The notes: a model not told the origin generated them from the letters alone. A stretch of 64,000 nucleotides of DNA from Henriciella sp. (GCA_046290585.1 JBKAGY010000001.1:2212686-2276685), one strand, 5' to 3'; positions 11,001-21,793 are shown, counted from the first letter of the stretch. A program made the numbers and translations.

Positions 11001-12032
11001 ATGAGCCAAAAAGCCCCGCGCCAATTTTTTAAACCGCTTGCCGCGGGCGCGCCCGAGCCACTATTAGAGCTGCCTGTCAGAGTCGAGCGGATGATCCAAT
11101 TCGTGCCGCCGCATCTCGACAAAGTGCGCGCGAAAGTGCCCAGCATGGCGGACACGTGTGACGTGGTGCTCGGAAATTTGGAAGACGCGATCCCCGCCGA
11201 TGCGAAAGAATCGGCCCGCGCGGGCGTCATCGAAATGGCCAGCATGCTCGATTGGCAAGCCAAAGGCACGGGCCTGTGGAGCCGGGTGAACTGTCTTAAT
11301 TCGCCGTGGTTCTTGGACGATGTGACCGAGCTGATCACCAAAGCGGGACAGCAAATCGATGTCCTGATGATCCCGAAAGTCGAAGGCCCTTGGGACATTC
11401 ACTATGTCGATCAACTCGTGGCGCAATTGGAAGCGAAAGCTGGGCTCTCGCGTCCGATCCTATTGCACGCCATTTTGGAAACCGCCGAAGGCGTCGCGCG
11501 GGTTGAAGACATCGCGCTCGCCTCGCCGCGTATGCAAGGCATCTCGCTCGGCCCGGCGGATCTTGCTGCCTCTCGCAAGATGAAAACCACACGAGTGGGC
11601 GGTGGTCATCCTTTCTACCGGGTGATTGAAGATCCTAAAGAAGATGGATCTGCTCGCACAGGCGCGCAACAAGATCCTTGGCATTATACGCTCGGTAAAA
11701 TGGTCGATGCGTGCGGAATGGCGGGGATCAAGCCCTTCTATGGCCCGTTCGGCGATATCGCCGATTTGGAAGCCTGCGAACAGCAATTCCGCAATGCCTT
11801 CTTGATGGGATGTGTCGGCACGTGGACGCTGCACCCGAGCCAAATTGAGGTGGCGAAGAAGGTATTCAGTCCAGATCCTGATGAGGTGGCGTTTGCACGG
11901 CGGGTGCTCGAGGCCATCCCGGACGGGGCGGGCGTTGCGATGCTGGACGGTAAAATGCAAGATGACGCGACTTGGAAACAGGCCAAAGTCATCGTCGATC
12001 TTGCCGATCAAATCGCGGCCAAAGACGGCTAA
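11001..12032 (+). CDS. CitE/malyl-CoA lyase family CoA-ester lyase
   Basis: [33 protein letters not shown]. Confidence 0.85.
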   Translation: MSQKAPRQFFKPLAAGAPEPLLELPVRVERMIQFVPPHLDKVRAKVPSMADTCDVVLGNLEDAIPADAKESARAGVIEMASMLDWQAKGTGLWSRVNCLNSPWFLDDVTELITKAGQQIDVLMIPKVEGPWDIHYVDQLVAQLEAKAGLSRPILLHAILETAEGVARVEDIALASPRMQGISLGPADLAASRKMKTTRVGGGHPFYRVIEDPKEDGSARTGAQQDPWHYTLGKMVDACGMAGIKPFYGPFGDIADLEACEQQFRNAFLMGCVGTWTLHPSQIEVAKKVFSPDPDEVAFARRVLEAIPDGAGVAMLDGKMQDDATWKQAKVIVDLADQIAAKDG

Positions 12033-12110
12033 TCGAACCGTACGGCACGGCATTTGGCTTCACCGATTGCGTTAATGTCCTGATCACCAGGCCTGTGGCA
12101 TATTGATCAG

Positions 12111-13322
12111 ATGCGTCTGAGGCATTCTCGATTCGTGCGCCACCTTCTGGCTTGCACCGCGGTTTTTGCGGCAGCGGCTTTGCCTGTTCAAGGCCAGGAT
12201 GATGTGTCACGCGCCGACTTGGAAGCTTTAGAAGCCGAGCGCGAAGAAACCTTGCGACAGCTGGCGATATTGGAGTCTGCTGGTGGCGTCGTGGCGGGTG
12301 ATCTCGAAAAGCTCGAACGCGATTTGATTTCAGCAGCGATGGAAAGCCAACGTCGGGAAGAACAAGCGATATCGACAGAACTGAAACTGGTCTCGCTCCG
12401 GTCGCGATTGTCCATGGCGCGGACGGATTTGATTGAGGGAGAAGCGGCTCTCGAAGATTTGATGGCCTCGTTAGCGATCTCGGGCCGCCACCGCCCGCCA
12501 GCGCTTTTGACCCAGCCGAAGAATGCCAATCAAGCCATCCGGGCGGCGATCCTAATGGGCGAGGTTGCCCCAGAAGTACGCAGCAAGACCAAGGTTCTCA
12601 CCGAAGAGATTAGCGAGCTCAGAAGCATTGAGCGCCAAGTGTTGCGCGAACAAAAGACTCTGGCCGCCGCCGATGCCGCTTTGGCGCTGAAAAAAGAAGA
12701 GATTATTCAGCTCACAACAGCCAAGCGTGCGGCCTTTGAGGACGTCAATTCAGATGCCCAGATTTTGCGCCAACACGCTGAATCTCTTGGTGAAAAAGCC
12801 GGAACGCTCCGGGACTTGATCCTCGCCCTTGAATCCACCGCTCCGGCGGCGCCGCGCCTGAAACCGCGGCTCGCTTTTGCCGAGCAAACACGACCTCGAC
12901 CCACCCAACGAGCCAACCTGCCGCGCGCGACCGTTTCTCAACCGCTTGGCGTGTTGGCCGTTCCGGCGACCGGCCGCGTGGTCCGCGCCTGGGGCGATAA
13001 AATGCCAGGTGGCGCCAAATCTGAAAGTGTCGCCTTTGCGACCCGTAGCGGCGCTCAAGTTTCTGCCCCAATTAGCGGTACTGTAGAGTTTGCAGGCCCA
13101 TTCAGGAGCTATGGACAATTACTGATCCTCTCGACAAGCGACGGATACCATGTTCTTTTATGGGGAATGTCGTCGAGCTATGTCGCTGTTGGTCAATCGG
13201 TACAACAGGGCGAGCCGGTGGCCCGCATGGCTGAGCGCGCCGCGGGTGAGCCAGAACTATATTTAGAGGTCCGCAAAGGCGGTGAGCCCATGGACCCGGC
13301 AAATTGGATGAAACGCGGCTAA
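12111..13322 (+). CDS. envC: Murein hydrolase activator EnvC (coiled coil + degenerate M23)
   Basis: Signal peptide, long coiled coil, LytM-like C-terminus (FRSYGQLLIL...LYLEVRKGGEPMDP); precedes ctpA. Confidence 0.88.
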   Translation: MRLRHSRFVRHLLACTAVFAAAALPVQGQDDVSRADLEALEAEREETLRQLAILESAGGVVAGDLEKLERDLISAAMESQRREEQAISTELKLVSLRSRLSMARTDLIEGEAALEDLMASLAISGRHRPPALLTQPKNANQAIRAAILMGEVAPEVRSKTKVLTEEISELRSIERQVLREQKTLAAADAALALKKEEIIQLTTAKRAAFEDVNSDAQILRQHAESLGEKAGTLRDLILALESTAPAAPRLKPRLAFAEQTRPRPTQRANLPRATVSQPLGVLAVPATGRVVRAWGDKMPGGAKSESVAFATRSGAQVSAPISGTVEFAGPFRSYGQLLILSTSDGYHVLLWGMSSSYVAVGQSVQQGEPVARMAERAAGEPELYLEVRKGGEPMDPANWMKRG

Positions 13323-13344
13323 GGCCGGAACAGGAGAAACGTCT

Positions 13345-14670
13345 ATGAGAGCTATGCTGACAGGAGCCGCGCTGGGGGTCGTACTTGGAGCGACAGCAGT
13401 TGGGGTTTCAGCCGTCGCATGGCCAGACGCAGAGAATTCGTCGCCGCGTTATGAAGCCGCGTTCGAACAGCTCTCTTTGTTCACCGAAGTGATGGCGCGC
13501 GCCAAAGCCGATTATGTCGAAGAAATTGATGAGGTCGCCGCGCTCGAGGCTGCGATTGACGGCATGCTTGGCTCCCTCGATCCGCATTCTGGCTATATGT
13601 CGCCAGACGAGTTTGAAGCGCTTCAAGTGACCACATCCGGTGAATATGGCGGGCTTGGCATTGAAGTGACCATGGAAGACGGGTTCGTCAAAGTCGTCAC
13701 GCCAATGGATGATACGCCCGCCAGTCGCGCTGGTTTGGAGCCAGGCGACCTGCTCACCCACCTAAACGCAAAAGCGATTGTTGGCTTGAGCCTTGATGAT
13801 GCGGTTCGCGATATGCGCGGCGCGCCGGGCACAGATTTGACGGTCACCGTTTATCGCGACGGGCAAGACCCGTTCGATGTCACGCTAACCCGCGAAGTGA
13901 TCGAACCGAAATATGTTGAGTTCGAAGATAAGGGCGACGGTATCGCCTATATCCGCATCGCGACCTTCAACAATAAAAAGACCACAACCAAGCTGATCGA
14001 AGCGTTTGATCAAATCCGGGATGAGATTGGACGCCGTCCAAACGGGATCATTCTAGATTTACGCAATAATGGTGGCGGCCTGCTCGATGAAGCGGTCTCA
14101 GTCAGCGATCAGTTCCTGTCTGGTGGCGAAGTTGTTTCAACCATTGGCCGACGCCCCGGCGATGTGATGCGGTCAAACGCCCAGCGCGGCGAAGTGTTTA
14201 AGAACGTGCCGCTGGTTGTGTTGATCAATAATGGTTCCGCATCGGCGTCCGAAATTGTCGCTGGCGCCTTGCAAGACCGTGATCGGGCGACGGTGCTCGG
14301 CATGACCAGTTTCGGCAAAGGCTCGGTTCAGACCGTCATGCCACTGGGCGCTGAGCGTGGCGCGATCCGCCTCACCACGGCGCGTTACTACACCCCATCT
14401 GGGCGGTCTATTCAGGCCACGGGCATCGTGCCTGACATTGAAGTTGCCAACCGCCGCGTGAGTGAAGAAGATCTGGCGCGGATCAGACGCTATTCAGAAG
14501 CCGATCTGCCAAACGCGCTCGATAATGAAGACGGCACCGCTCGCGATCTGCCGCATATCCCGGATGATATGCCGCCTGTCGATTATGAGGGCGACTATCA
14601 GCTTGAAAAAGCGATCGAATTTCTAAATTCAGGCGGCATCGTCGCGAGCACAGAAAGCCGCTCCGGCTAA
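13345..14670 (+). CDS. ctpA: S41 carboxyl-terminal processing protease
   Basis: LDPHSGY, PDZ domain, DLRNNGGG, SASASEIVAG, SFGKGSVQ. Confidence 0.95.
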   Translation: MRAMLTGAALGVVLGATAVGVSAVAWPDAENSSPRYEAAFEQLSLFTEVMARAKADYVEEIDEVAALEAAIDGMLGSLDPHSGYMSPDEFEALQVTTSGEYGGLGIEVTMEDGFVKVVTPMDDTPASRAGLEPGDLLTHLNAKAIVGLSLDDAVRDMRGAPGTDLTVTVYRDGQDPFDVTLTREVIEPKYVEFEDKGDGIAYIRIATFNNKKTTTKLIEAFDQIRDEIGRRPNGIILDLRNNGGGLLDEAVSVSDQFLSGGEVVSTIGRRPGDVMRSNAQRGEVFKNVPLVVLINNGSASASEIVAGALQDRDRATVLGMTSFGKGSVQTVMPLGAERGAIRLTTARYYTPSGRSIQATGIVPDIEVANRRVSEEDLARIRRYSEADLPNALDNEDGTARDLPHIPDDMPPVDYEGDYQLEKAIEFLNSGGIVASTESRSG

Positions 14671-14840
14671 GTAGCGGCACGACGCGTTTCTATTTCAGAT
14701 AGTCAGTTGCTGAATTTTAATCGATTCAGGGTCGTGAAGCTGTGCAAATCACTCCAAAGGTTAATTCAAGTTTGCCTCTTCTTAACCATTAGAGCGGCAA
14801 ACTGAATGCTGGTCGAATTAAAGTGTTCTCAGGAGCCTCA

Positions 14841-16079
14841 ATGTCTGCTCGCTCTGCGCGTGATCCATCCCCTTTTCGAAGCGGCGTTGTGCATAGCGCG
14901 CTTGGGGCTTTCACACTGACCTTCGTGCTTGGATCTGCGGCGTCTGCTATGCATTTGCTCGGCAGCCCTGACGCTGGCAGCCCATCTGTACGCATGGCTC
15001 TGTTTAATGAGACACCAAATGACGCGCCGCAGCTAAACCCGCGCTTGCCCGGTTATCAAGGGCCCGCATATGAAGGAACGCTCGGCCTTGCAGCGGCAAC
15101 ACCCGCGGAACAGACCCCACAAGGGGACGAACCTGATCTTGGGGTGGAATATGGTGAAGCCCGTCCGGTTAAAGCCGTCGCACGGACTGACACCAAGCCG
15201 TCTGGCGTGCGGATCAATGGTCGCACAGTTCTGCCTGGACAGACCTATAGTCAGGTCTCGCAAATCCAAATGGCGGACTCTGAGGCCGCGCCAGCGGCGC
15301 CCGTCCTTTCAGAAGACGCGCCGCTGATGCGATATGCGCGGGACTTCACCAATACTGATGGCAAACCCACCGTTTCGATCATTGTTGGCGGACTCGGCAC
15401 CAATCGCACCAGGACCCGAGCAGCGATCAACGAGTTGCCGCCCGAAGTGACACTGTCTTTTGCGCCAACCGCTGACAATTTGCGAGGCTACGTCCGTGAC
15501 GCTCGCCGCGCCGGACATGAAGTCCTGATCGAGCTTCCCATGGAGCCCTATGACTATGGGCGCCAACGTCCGCATCCGCAGGTATTGGAAGCCGACCTGT
15601 CTCCTGACGAAAACCGGCAACGCTTAGCTGCCTTGCTGGCACGCACCCCCGGCTATGTCGGTGTGATGAACTATATGGGCGATAAATACGCCACCAGTAG
15701 CGAGGCGGTTGACCCGGTCGTAGCGGCTTTGAGCGATAAAGGCTTGGCGTTGTTTGACGATGGACGTCTGGGCCGGTCCGAGTTTGGGGTGAGCGCGCGC
15801 AAGTCTGGTCTCGCCTTCGGAAAAGCCACCACTTGGATTGATGCGCGTCCAGGCGCCGATGAGATCTCGCAGCAATTGCTGCTGCTTGAAACCACCGCAC
15901 TGGAACGCGGCGCTGCGCTCGGCACGGGAATGCCCTTCCCGGTGACGTTTGATATTCTCAAAGAATGGCTGCCCACCCTTGAAGCAAAAGGCATCGCTTT
16001 GGCCCCGGCCTCGCACTATGCCAAACAGTCGCTGGGTGCTGGCCAGGTTCAACAGGCTCAGCTAGACCCGCAAGGGTGA
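14841..16079 (+). CDS. Divergent polysaccharide deacetylase (YibQ-like); alternative GTG start at 14823
   Basis: LPPEVTLSFAP, GHEVLIELPMEP, GVMNYMG; conserved position between ctpA and rppH. Confidence 0.88.
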   Translation: MSARSARDPSPFRSGVVHSALGAFTLTFVLGSAASAMHLLGSPDAGSPSVRMALFNETPNDAPQLNPRLPGYQGPAYEGTLGLAAATPAEQTPQGDEPDLGVEYGEARPVKAVARTDTKPSGVRINGRTVLPGQTYSQVSQIQMADSEAAPAAPVLSEDAPLMRYARDFTNTDGKPTVSIIVGGLGTNRTRTRAAINELPPEVTLSFAPTADNLRGYVRDARRAGHEVLIELPMEPYDYGRQRPHPQVLEADLSPDENRQRLAALLARTPGYVGVMNYMGDKYATSSEAVDPVVAALSDKGLALFDDGRLGRSEFGVSARKSGLAFGKATTWIDARPGADEISQQLLLLETTALERGAALGTGMPFPVTFDILKEWLPTLEAKGIALAPASHYAKQSLGAGQVQQAQLDPQG

Positions 16080-16567
16080 GTGAGAAGAAACGGGATCCTG
16101 CGCTTTACCGCGCCAATGTTGGGCTGGCTTTGTTTTCGAAAGCTGGACACGTTTTTGTTGGCCGGCGCGTCAATGGACGCGGCGCGTTTCAATGGCAAAT
16201 GCCGCAGGGCGGGGTCGATAAGGGTGAAGAAGCCGTCGAAGCCGCTTTACGCGAAATGGACGAGGAAATCGGCGTCGCTGCCAAACTGGTCGATATTCTC
16301 GAAGAAACCGAAGACTGGCTGTATTACGATTTTCCGCCAGATCTGTTGCGCCGCATGGGCGGGCCGTATCTCGGGCAGCGTCAGAAATGGTATGCGTTGC
16401 GGTTTAAAGGCTCTGACAGCGACGTTCGCCTCGACAAGCACACGCCTGAATTTGACGCCTGGCGCTGGGCCAAACTCGAAGAGCTTCCCGGCCTGATCGT
16501 TCCGTTTAAACGGCCGGTCTATGAAGAGGTCGCCAAACGGTTCGCGCGATGGGGTGAACCGACCTAG
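16076..16567 (+). CDS. rppH: RNA pyrophosphohydrolase
   Basis: YRANVG, WQMPQGGVD Nudix box REMDEEIG, GQRQKWY. Confidence 0.95.
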   Translation: MSEKKRDPALYRANVGLALFSKAGHVFVGRRVNGRGAFQWQMPQGGVDKGEEAVEAALREMDEEIGVAAKLVDILEETEDWLYYDFPPDLLRRMGGPYLGQRQKWYALRFKGSDSDVRLDKHTPEFDAWRWAKLEELPGLIVPFKRPVYEEVAKRFARWGEPT

Positions 16568-16637
16568 ACCTTTCTTTCCTTTTCCTCAAAACTACGCCTA
16601 TGCTGCAAATGTATGCGGCGCTGGGAGGAAGTTGGCT

Positions 16638-17408
16638 GTGGCGAAAACTCTATTGATGATCCACGGCGTTGGCTGCGGCGGCGAAGTTTGGGAGCGCATG
16701 AAGCGCGATTTCGCCATGGCCGGTTGGACCTGTGAAACGCCAACCTTGTTTCCCGATCTCCGGACCAAAGAGGACCCGCCCGCCGGGCTCGCAGATTTAA
16801 CTCTGAGCGACTATGTGAGCGCCGCCGCTACGATGGCGGACGAGATCAAAGCCAAGACGGGTGAAGCACCTGTTATCATTGGACATTCCATGGGCGGGCT
16901 GATTGCGCAAAAGCTGACCGAAACAGGCGCGGTTCGTGCCGGGATCTTTCTCACACCGGCGCAACCGAAAGGCTGCACGGTCACCGATCTTAGAGTGCTC
17001 AGGACCTTTTGGAGCATTCTTAAAGTTGGTCAAAAAAATGTCCCGGGCGGTGTGTTCAAAGTCGGACCCAAAGGCTTTCGTTGGGGTGTGCTCAACGCGG
17101 TGCCACAAGACCGACATGACGCAATTTATGCCGAAGCACTGTTCGACAGTGGCCGGGTCTATCATGATCTTGCCAATCCCGGCGTCATTGATGAAGCGCA
17201 GATCAATGTCCCGACGCTAACGATTGGCGCTAAGAAAGACCGCGCTACCGTGATCAAAGCGGTGCGCAAGACCGGCGCGAAATACGCGAAGGCGGCGCAT
17301 CCGGGTGACTATATGGAATATGGCAATCACGCGCATTGGATTGTCGATGAGCCAGGCACCGAACAGGTTAGCGCTGATATCTTAGAATGGCTCGATCGCA
17401 GCCTTTAA
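16638..17408 (+). CDS. Alpha/beta hydrolase
   Basis: IHGVG, GHSMGG nucleophile elbow, C-terminal His; SD GGGAGG before GTG 16638. Confidence 0.88.
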   Translation: MAKTLLMIHGVGCGGEVWERMKRDFAMAGWTCETPTLFPDLRTKEDPPAGLADLTLSDYVSAAATMADEIKAKTGEAPVIIGHSMGGLIAQKLTETGAVRAGIFLTPAQPKGCTVTDLRVLRTFWSILKVGQKNVPGGVFKVGPKGFRWGVLNAVPQDRHDAIYAEALFDSGRVYHDLANPGVIDEAQINVPTLTIGAKKDRATVIKAVRKTGAKYAKAAHPGDYMEYGNHAHWIVDEPGTEQVSADILEWLDRSL

Positions 17409-17932
17409 TCGAGCGCGCCAATATAAGGCAGGCCGCGATACAGTCCGGCATCATCCATGCCATAGCCCACCAAGAACCGGCCTGGCGCATCAAACGCGTG
17501 GAAGTCGACATTGGTCTCGCCCTCAGGCGCCCAAGGCTTGCGGGCTAAGGCGCAGGTAATCACCTCGCGCGCGCCTTTGGCGAGCAAATGGTGTTTGGCA
17601 AATTCGAGCGTGCGCCCAGTGTCAAACACATCATCAATGATCAAAACGCCGCGGCCTTTGACCTGGCGCGCAATGTCGGCGCGGACAACCACCCGGCCAG
17701 AGCTCTCGCGGGCATCGCGATAGCTTTCGAGCCAGAGCGCATCGAGAATCGGATGCACGTCTAATCGGGCGAGGGCTTTCATCAGATCGCTGGTAAACGG
17801 AGTGGCGCCGATCAGAATGTTGATCGCGGTCCATTCGCCGGTCAGGCTGGGGGCCAAGCGATGAGCAAGATCATCAATTCGCGCCATCAAATCCGGTTCG
17901 GAAAGGACGGTCTCAATCTCGGGAAGGGCCAT
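17405..17932 (-). CDS. hpt: Hypoxanthine phosphoribosyltransferase
   Basis: IIDDVFDTGRTL PRPP motif, FLVGYGMD, YRGLPYI. Confidence 0.92.
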   Translation of the reverse strand: MALPEIETVLSEPDLMARIDDLAHRLAPSLTGEWTAINILIGATPFTSDLMKALARLDVHPILDALWLESYRDARESSGRVVVRADIARQVKGRGVLIIDDVFDTGRTLEFAKHHLLAKGAREVITCALARKPWAPEGETNVDFHAFDAPGRFLVGYGMDDAGLYRGLPYIGALD

Positions 17933-17937
17933 AAAGT

Positions 17938-18591
17938 TTACCTGTTCTCAGCGAGTGCCGTATCGGCTGGAACGAGGTCGAGTTCAAGTTCGAATGATTC
18001 AAAGGGTGGGTTTTCCACTCTTGCGGCAAAAACAGCCTGGGCGTCAGCCGGTACGGAGGAGGGCGTAATTGGCGCAAAGGCTTGCGCGACTTGTGCGCCT
18101 TGATCATCGAGCAATATCACCCGGACCAGCGGCGCAGAGACCGTCCGCCCGGACGTGTTTTGGACCGCGCCGCGGATTTCTAGGATTGGGGTTGTGCCGT
18201 CAAAGAAGCGCTCCGCTTCGGTGTCTAGAAACTCTAAGCCGAACCGGTTTACCGGCATGCCGATCGCTGCATAAGTTGTTGCCGATTCGGGCCAATGTTT
18301 CACAACCTCGCCGCGGAACAGGACCAATCCGGTGAGAATCACGACAAAGGCGGCGGCTGTTGCCGTCCACGCGCTCATCGCGGCGTTTCGGCTTTTACGC
18401 CGCCGCCGTTCGCGCACTTTTAGTCTGTAAGTCTCATGAGCGCCCAGCGCGTTGGCGCCTTCATTCGCGCCTTCGGGCCCGACAAACCAGGAATGGCCGC
18501 AGGTTGCGCACTTTACCGTTCGGCCGCTTTCGCCAATGGTGGCGTCGTCCGCGAAGTATTGGGTCTCGCATTCCGGGCACGTAAGGATCAT
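17938..18591 (-). CDS. MJ0042-type zinc-ribbon membrane protein (DUF3426-like)
   Basis: CPEC...CATC zinc ribbon, one TM, periplasmic beta domain; divergent from ftsE as in other alphas. Confidence 0.88.
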   Translation of the reverse strand: MILTCPECETQYFADDATIGESGRTVKCATCGHSWFVGPEGANEGANALGAHETYRLKVRERRRRKSRNAAMSAWTATAAAFVVILTGLVLFRGEVVKHWPESATTYAAIGMPVNRFGLEFLDTEAERFFDGTTPILEIRGAVQNTSGRTVSAPLVRVILLDDQGAQVAQAFAPITPSSVPADAQAVFAARVENPPFESFELELDLVPADTALAENR

Positions 18592-18653
18592 GGCTTGGAC
18601 ATTCGCGCAATTTTTAGGAATAGTCGATATGCCCTAAAGCCTATTGCTGAAGG

Positions 18654-19376
18654 ATGAACATGACTCGCTTTCGACCTGATCTTAGCGATGAGCCCGCAGT
18701 CCGCCTGGACGGGGTGAGTTTGACCTATGAACGCACTGGGGAAGTGTTGACCGAGCTCGACTTGGTGTTGCGCCAAGGCAGTTTCACATTTTTGACCGGT
18801 CCGTCTGGGGCAGGGAAGTCGTCCTTGCTGAAGCTGATGTATTTGGCGCATGGGCCGACGCGCGGCGCCATCCGTCTTTTTGGGCGGCAAACCCATGAGC
18901 TGAAACGCAAGCAGTTGGCGGCGATGCGGCGCCGAATTGGGGTCGTGTTCCAAGAATTCCGGCTGCTCAATCATCTGACCGCATTTGAGAATGTTGCCCT
19001 GCCGCTGCGTGTCGCCGGGCAGAAATCTGACCAATACAAAAACGAAGTCATCGACCTGCTTCGCTGGGTTGGTTTGGGCGAACGAGTGGATGCGCCAACG
19101 CCATCGCTCTCAGGCGGTGAACAGCAGCGTGTGGCAATTGCGAGAGCCCTCATCAATAAGCCAGATCTGCTCATCGCGGACGAACCGACCGGCAATGTTG
19201 ATCCTGAAATGGGCCGGAAAATTCTGCGCCTATTTGCGGAGCTGAATAAGCGCGTCGGCACGACCATCTTGATTGCAACACATGATCTAGACCTCATTCG
19301 CGAGTTTGATGTCCCGGTCTTGCGCCTGAATGACGGACTATTGGTGCGGGATGTCGAGTATGGAGCCGCGCAATGA
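18654..19376 (+). CDS. ftsE: Cell division ATP-binding protein FtsE
   Basis: GPSGAGKS, IGVVFQEFRLL, LSGGEQQRVAIARA, ADEPTGNVD. Confidence 0.95.
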   Translation: MNMTRFRPDLSDEPAVRLDGVSLTYERTGEVLTELDLVLRQGSFTFLTGPSGAGKSSLLKLMYLAHGPTRGAIRLFGRQTHELKRKQLAAMRRRIGVVFQEFRLLNHLTAFENVALPLRVAGQKSDQYKNEVIDLLRWVGLGERVDAPTPSLSGGEQQRVAIARALINKPDLLIADEPTGNVDPEMGRKILRLFAELNKRVGTTILIATHDLDLIREFDVPVLRLNDGLLVRDVEYGAAQ

Positions 19377-20248
19377 GCCGCCGCGAGTCACCCCTTCTGC
19401 CCGCCAGCGACGCCCGCGAAGCTGCGCTTTTCTTTGTCATTGGCGCGCTGTGTTTTCTCGCTGCGCTCGCTGCTCTCACCACACGCGGCACCTATAAAGC
19501 CGCCGAAGCGTGGGGGGCGCAGATTGAAGGCGATATTACGGTGGTTATGCGCGACACGGACCGGCGCACAGCGGAACAGCTTGCTGATCGAACCGGCGCG
19601 CTGGCCAATGTTTTTGAAGCGCGCGTTCTAACCCGCGAAGAGGTTGAAACGCTGCTGGAGCCAAGCCTTGGCCCGGGCGGGATGCCAGATGGCTTGCCCA
19701 TCCCGATGCTGATGGTCGTACAAGCGGACATGGCGGTCGGGGATCCCAGTGATGATATAAACCGCCTGCTTGATGAGTTTGGCGTTGATGGCGATGTAGC
19801 AGGCAATGCCGGCTATGCGGATAATGTTCGCGGCGCTTTAGGGGTTTTGCGATTGGTGGCACTCTCGATTGTGGCGCTGCTTTCGGCGACAGCGATCGCG
19901 GTGATCGCCTTTGCCACTCATGCTGCTCTTTTGGCGCGGCGGGATATTGTCGATGTGTTGCACCTGTCAGGGGCAGAGGACCGCTATATTGCGGGCTTGT
20001 TTGAACGCCGGTTCTGGATCTTGGCGCTGCAAGCTGGGCTTGGTGGCGCGGTCGCCGCTTTGATGGTCACCGCCCTGATTGTGTTTACCGGCAGCGGCTC
20101 GCAAGGCGTGGAATCGCAACTTTTACCGCGGCTCAGCTTGGATTTTTGGGACATTGTTATCCTTTTGGTGACCCCGATTATGGCAGGACTTGCCGCTCGA
20201 ATGGCCGCGCGATTGACGGTGCTGGCATCGCTTAAGGAAACACTGTGA
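19373..20248 (+). CDS. ftsX: Cell division permease FtsX
   Basis: 4-TM layout, VLHLSGAEDRYI; overlaps ftsE stop. Confidence 0.9.
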   Translation: MSRRESPLLPASDAREAALFFVIGALCFLAALAALTTRGTYKAAEAWGAQIEGDITVVMRDTDRRTAEQLADRTGALANVFEARVLTREEVETLLEPSLGPGGMPDGLPIPMLMVVQADMAVGDPSDDINRLLDEFGVDGDVAGNAGYADNVRGALGVLRLVALSIVALLSATAIAVIAFATHAALLARRDIVDVLHLSGAEDRYIAGLFERRFWILALQAGLGGAVAALMVTALIVFTGSGSQGVESQLLPRLSLDFWDIVILLVTPIMAGLAARMAARLTVLASLKETL

Positions 20249-20997
20249 ACGCAATCCGGTCGTTTATTTATGTGATTTGGCTGTATGGCTGGATGGCGGT
20301 GCTCGGCATTCTGGCTTTGCCGACTCTATTCCTGCCGCGCGGTGCGATCTTATGGGTCATTCGCCTCTATGCGCGCACGGTCGTGCTCGGCCTGAAGTGG
20401 ATTTGCGGCGTTCACGTCGAATTTCGCGGACTGGAGCATGTATCGGGTGGCCCGCTTCTGATTGCTGGGAAACATCAGGCCATGCTGGATGTGTTTGTTC
20501 CTTTTTTGATTTTTGATGACCCTGTCCTGGTTATGAAACGCGAGCTGCTTTGGTATCCGGCGCTCGGTTGGTATGCGATGAAAACGCGTATGCTGGCGAT
20601 TGACCGGGCGGGCGGCGCGAAGACGATGCGCAAAATGCTCGCCGCCGCGCAGGCTCGTGTGGTCGGGGAAAGCCGGCAAATGCTGATCTATCCGGAAGGT
20701 ACGCGCAGCGATCCTGGGGCCGCGCCGGACTGTAAGCCCGCGGGCGTGCGCGCCTTTTATAAGACACTGGACGTTCCAATGCTGCCACTGGCGACCAATT
20801 CCGGTCTGTGCTGGCCTGCTCATGGCATGGTGCGGACACCGGGTAAGGTTGTTTATGAAGTCCTGCCGCCGATCACGCCAGGCATGAACCCCAAAGCGAT
20901 GCTGGCTGAGCTAGAAGCGCGATTGGAAGCGGGCAGCGACCGGTTGCTTGATGAGGGGCTCGCCGCTCAAGGCCGGACACGCGCGGACCTTAAATGA
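20245..20997 (+). CDS. plsC: Lysophospholipid acyltransferase (PlsC family)
   Basis: KHQAMLD (HxxxxD), YPEGTRS. Confidence 0.9.
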   Translation: MNAIRSFIYVIWLYGWMAVLGILALPTLFLPRGAILWVIRLYARTVVLGLKWICGVHVEFRGLEHVSGGPLLIAGKHQAMLDVFVPFLIFDDPVLVMKRELLWYPALGWYAMKTRMLAIDRAGGAKTMRKMLAAAQARVVGESRQMLIYPEGTRSDPGAAPDCKPAGVRAFYKTLDVPMLPLATNSGLCWPAHGMVRTPGKVVYEVLPPITPGMNPKAMLAELEARLEAGSDRLLDEGLAAQGRTRADLK

Positions 20998-21614
20998 CGG
21001 CGCCCCGCGAAGCAGTGTTGCGCGCGGCGTGTGAAGCGCTCGCGGCAACCGATCCAGAATTAAAACAGGCCTATGGCAAGGTGGATTTGCCGAACTGGCG
21101 TGGCCGTCCCGCTAATTATCAAAGCCTCGCGCAAATTGTCGTCTATCAACTGATCTCGACCAAAGCGGCCGATGCGATTTGGGGACGGGTGTGCGCCCGC
21201 CACACAGAGCTAACGCCGCGCGCGGTGCTTGCAGATGATCCAGAGCGCTTGTTGGCCTGCGGTCTGTCCCGACCGAAACTCGGCCATCTGATTGCAATCG
21301 CCGAAGCGGTCCAATCGGGCGTGCTCGATTTTGACGTGCTGGCGCAGATCCCGATTGATGCGGCCCGGAAAAGGCTGGTCTCTGTTCGCGGGATAGGGCC
21401 TTGGACGGCGGAGACCTTTTTAATGACGGCGCTTGGCCATTTGGACGCGTTTCCGCATGGCGATGTCGGCTTGATGGAAGCGCATAAACGTTTGTCAGGT
21501 GCGGAAGCGCGGCTGTCTGCGAAGGCGTTTTCCGAGCTCGCAGACGGCTGGCGTCCGCATCGCGCCGTGGCGGCGCACCTCCTATATGATTGGCTCCACT
21601 CGGTCCGCGATTGA
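20994..21614 (+). CDS. alkA: DNA-3-methyladenine glycosylase II (AlkA family)
   Basis: QLISTKAA, HhH motif VRGIGPWTA, FPHGDVGL. Confidence 0.9.
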   Translation: MTAPREAVLRAACEALAATDPELKQAYGKVDLPNWRGRPANYQSLAQIVVYQLISTKAADAIWGRVCARHTELTPRAVLADDPERLLACGLSRPKLGHLIAIAEAVQSGVLDFDVLAQIPIDAARKRLVSVRGIGPWTAETFLMTALGHLDAFPHGDVGLMEAHKRLSGAEARLSAKAFSELADGWRPHRAVAAHLLYDWLHSVRD

Positions 21615-21793
21615 GCGATTTTGGCCGTGTGCTGCCCAAAGAAATTCGCGTTTTGATTTGACCTGGACGGCCAAAGCGGCTGTCATATGATCGTTACAGC
21701 GAATCAGTAAGGCTGTGCACACACTAAAAGGAGCGCCCGCTTTCAAGACGAAGGTTCGATACCCGACCGCCCTCATGACAGAGAGATTTTGTC

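Noticed and set aside
21750-21775. GGTTCGATACCCGACCGCCCTCA resembles a tRNA/tmRNA T-arm and 3' end
   Set aside because: No acceptor stem, D-arm or anticodon arm can be built, and there is no CCA end
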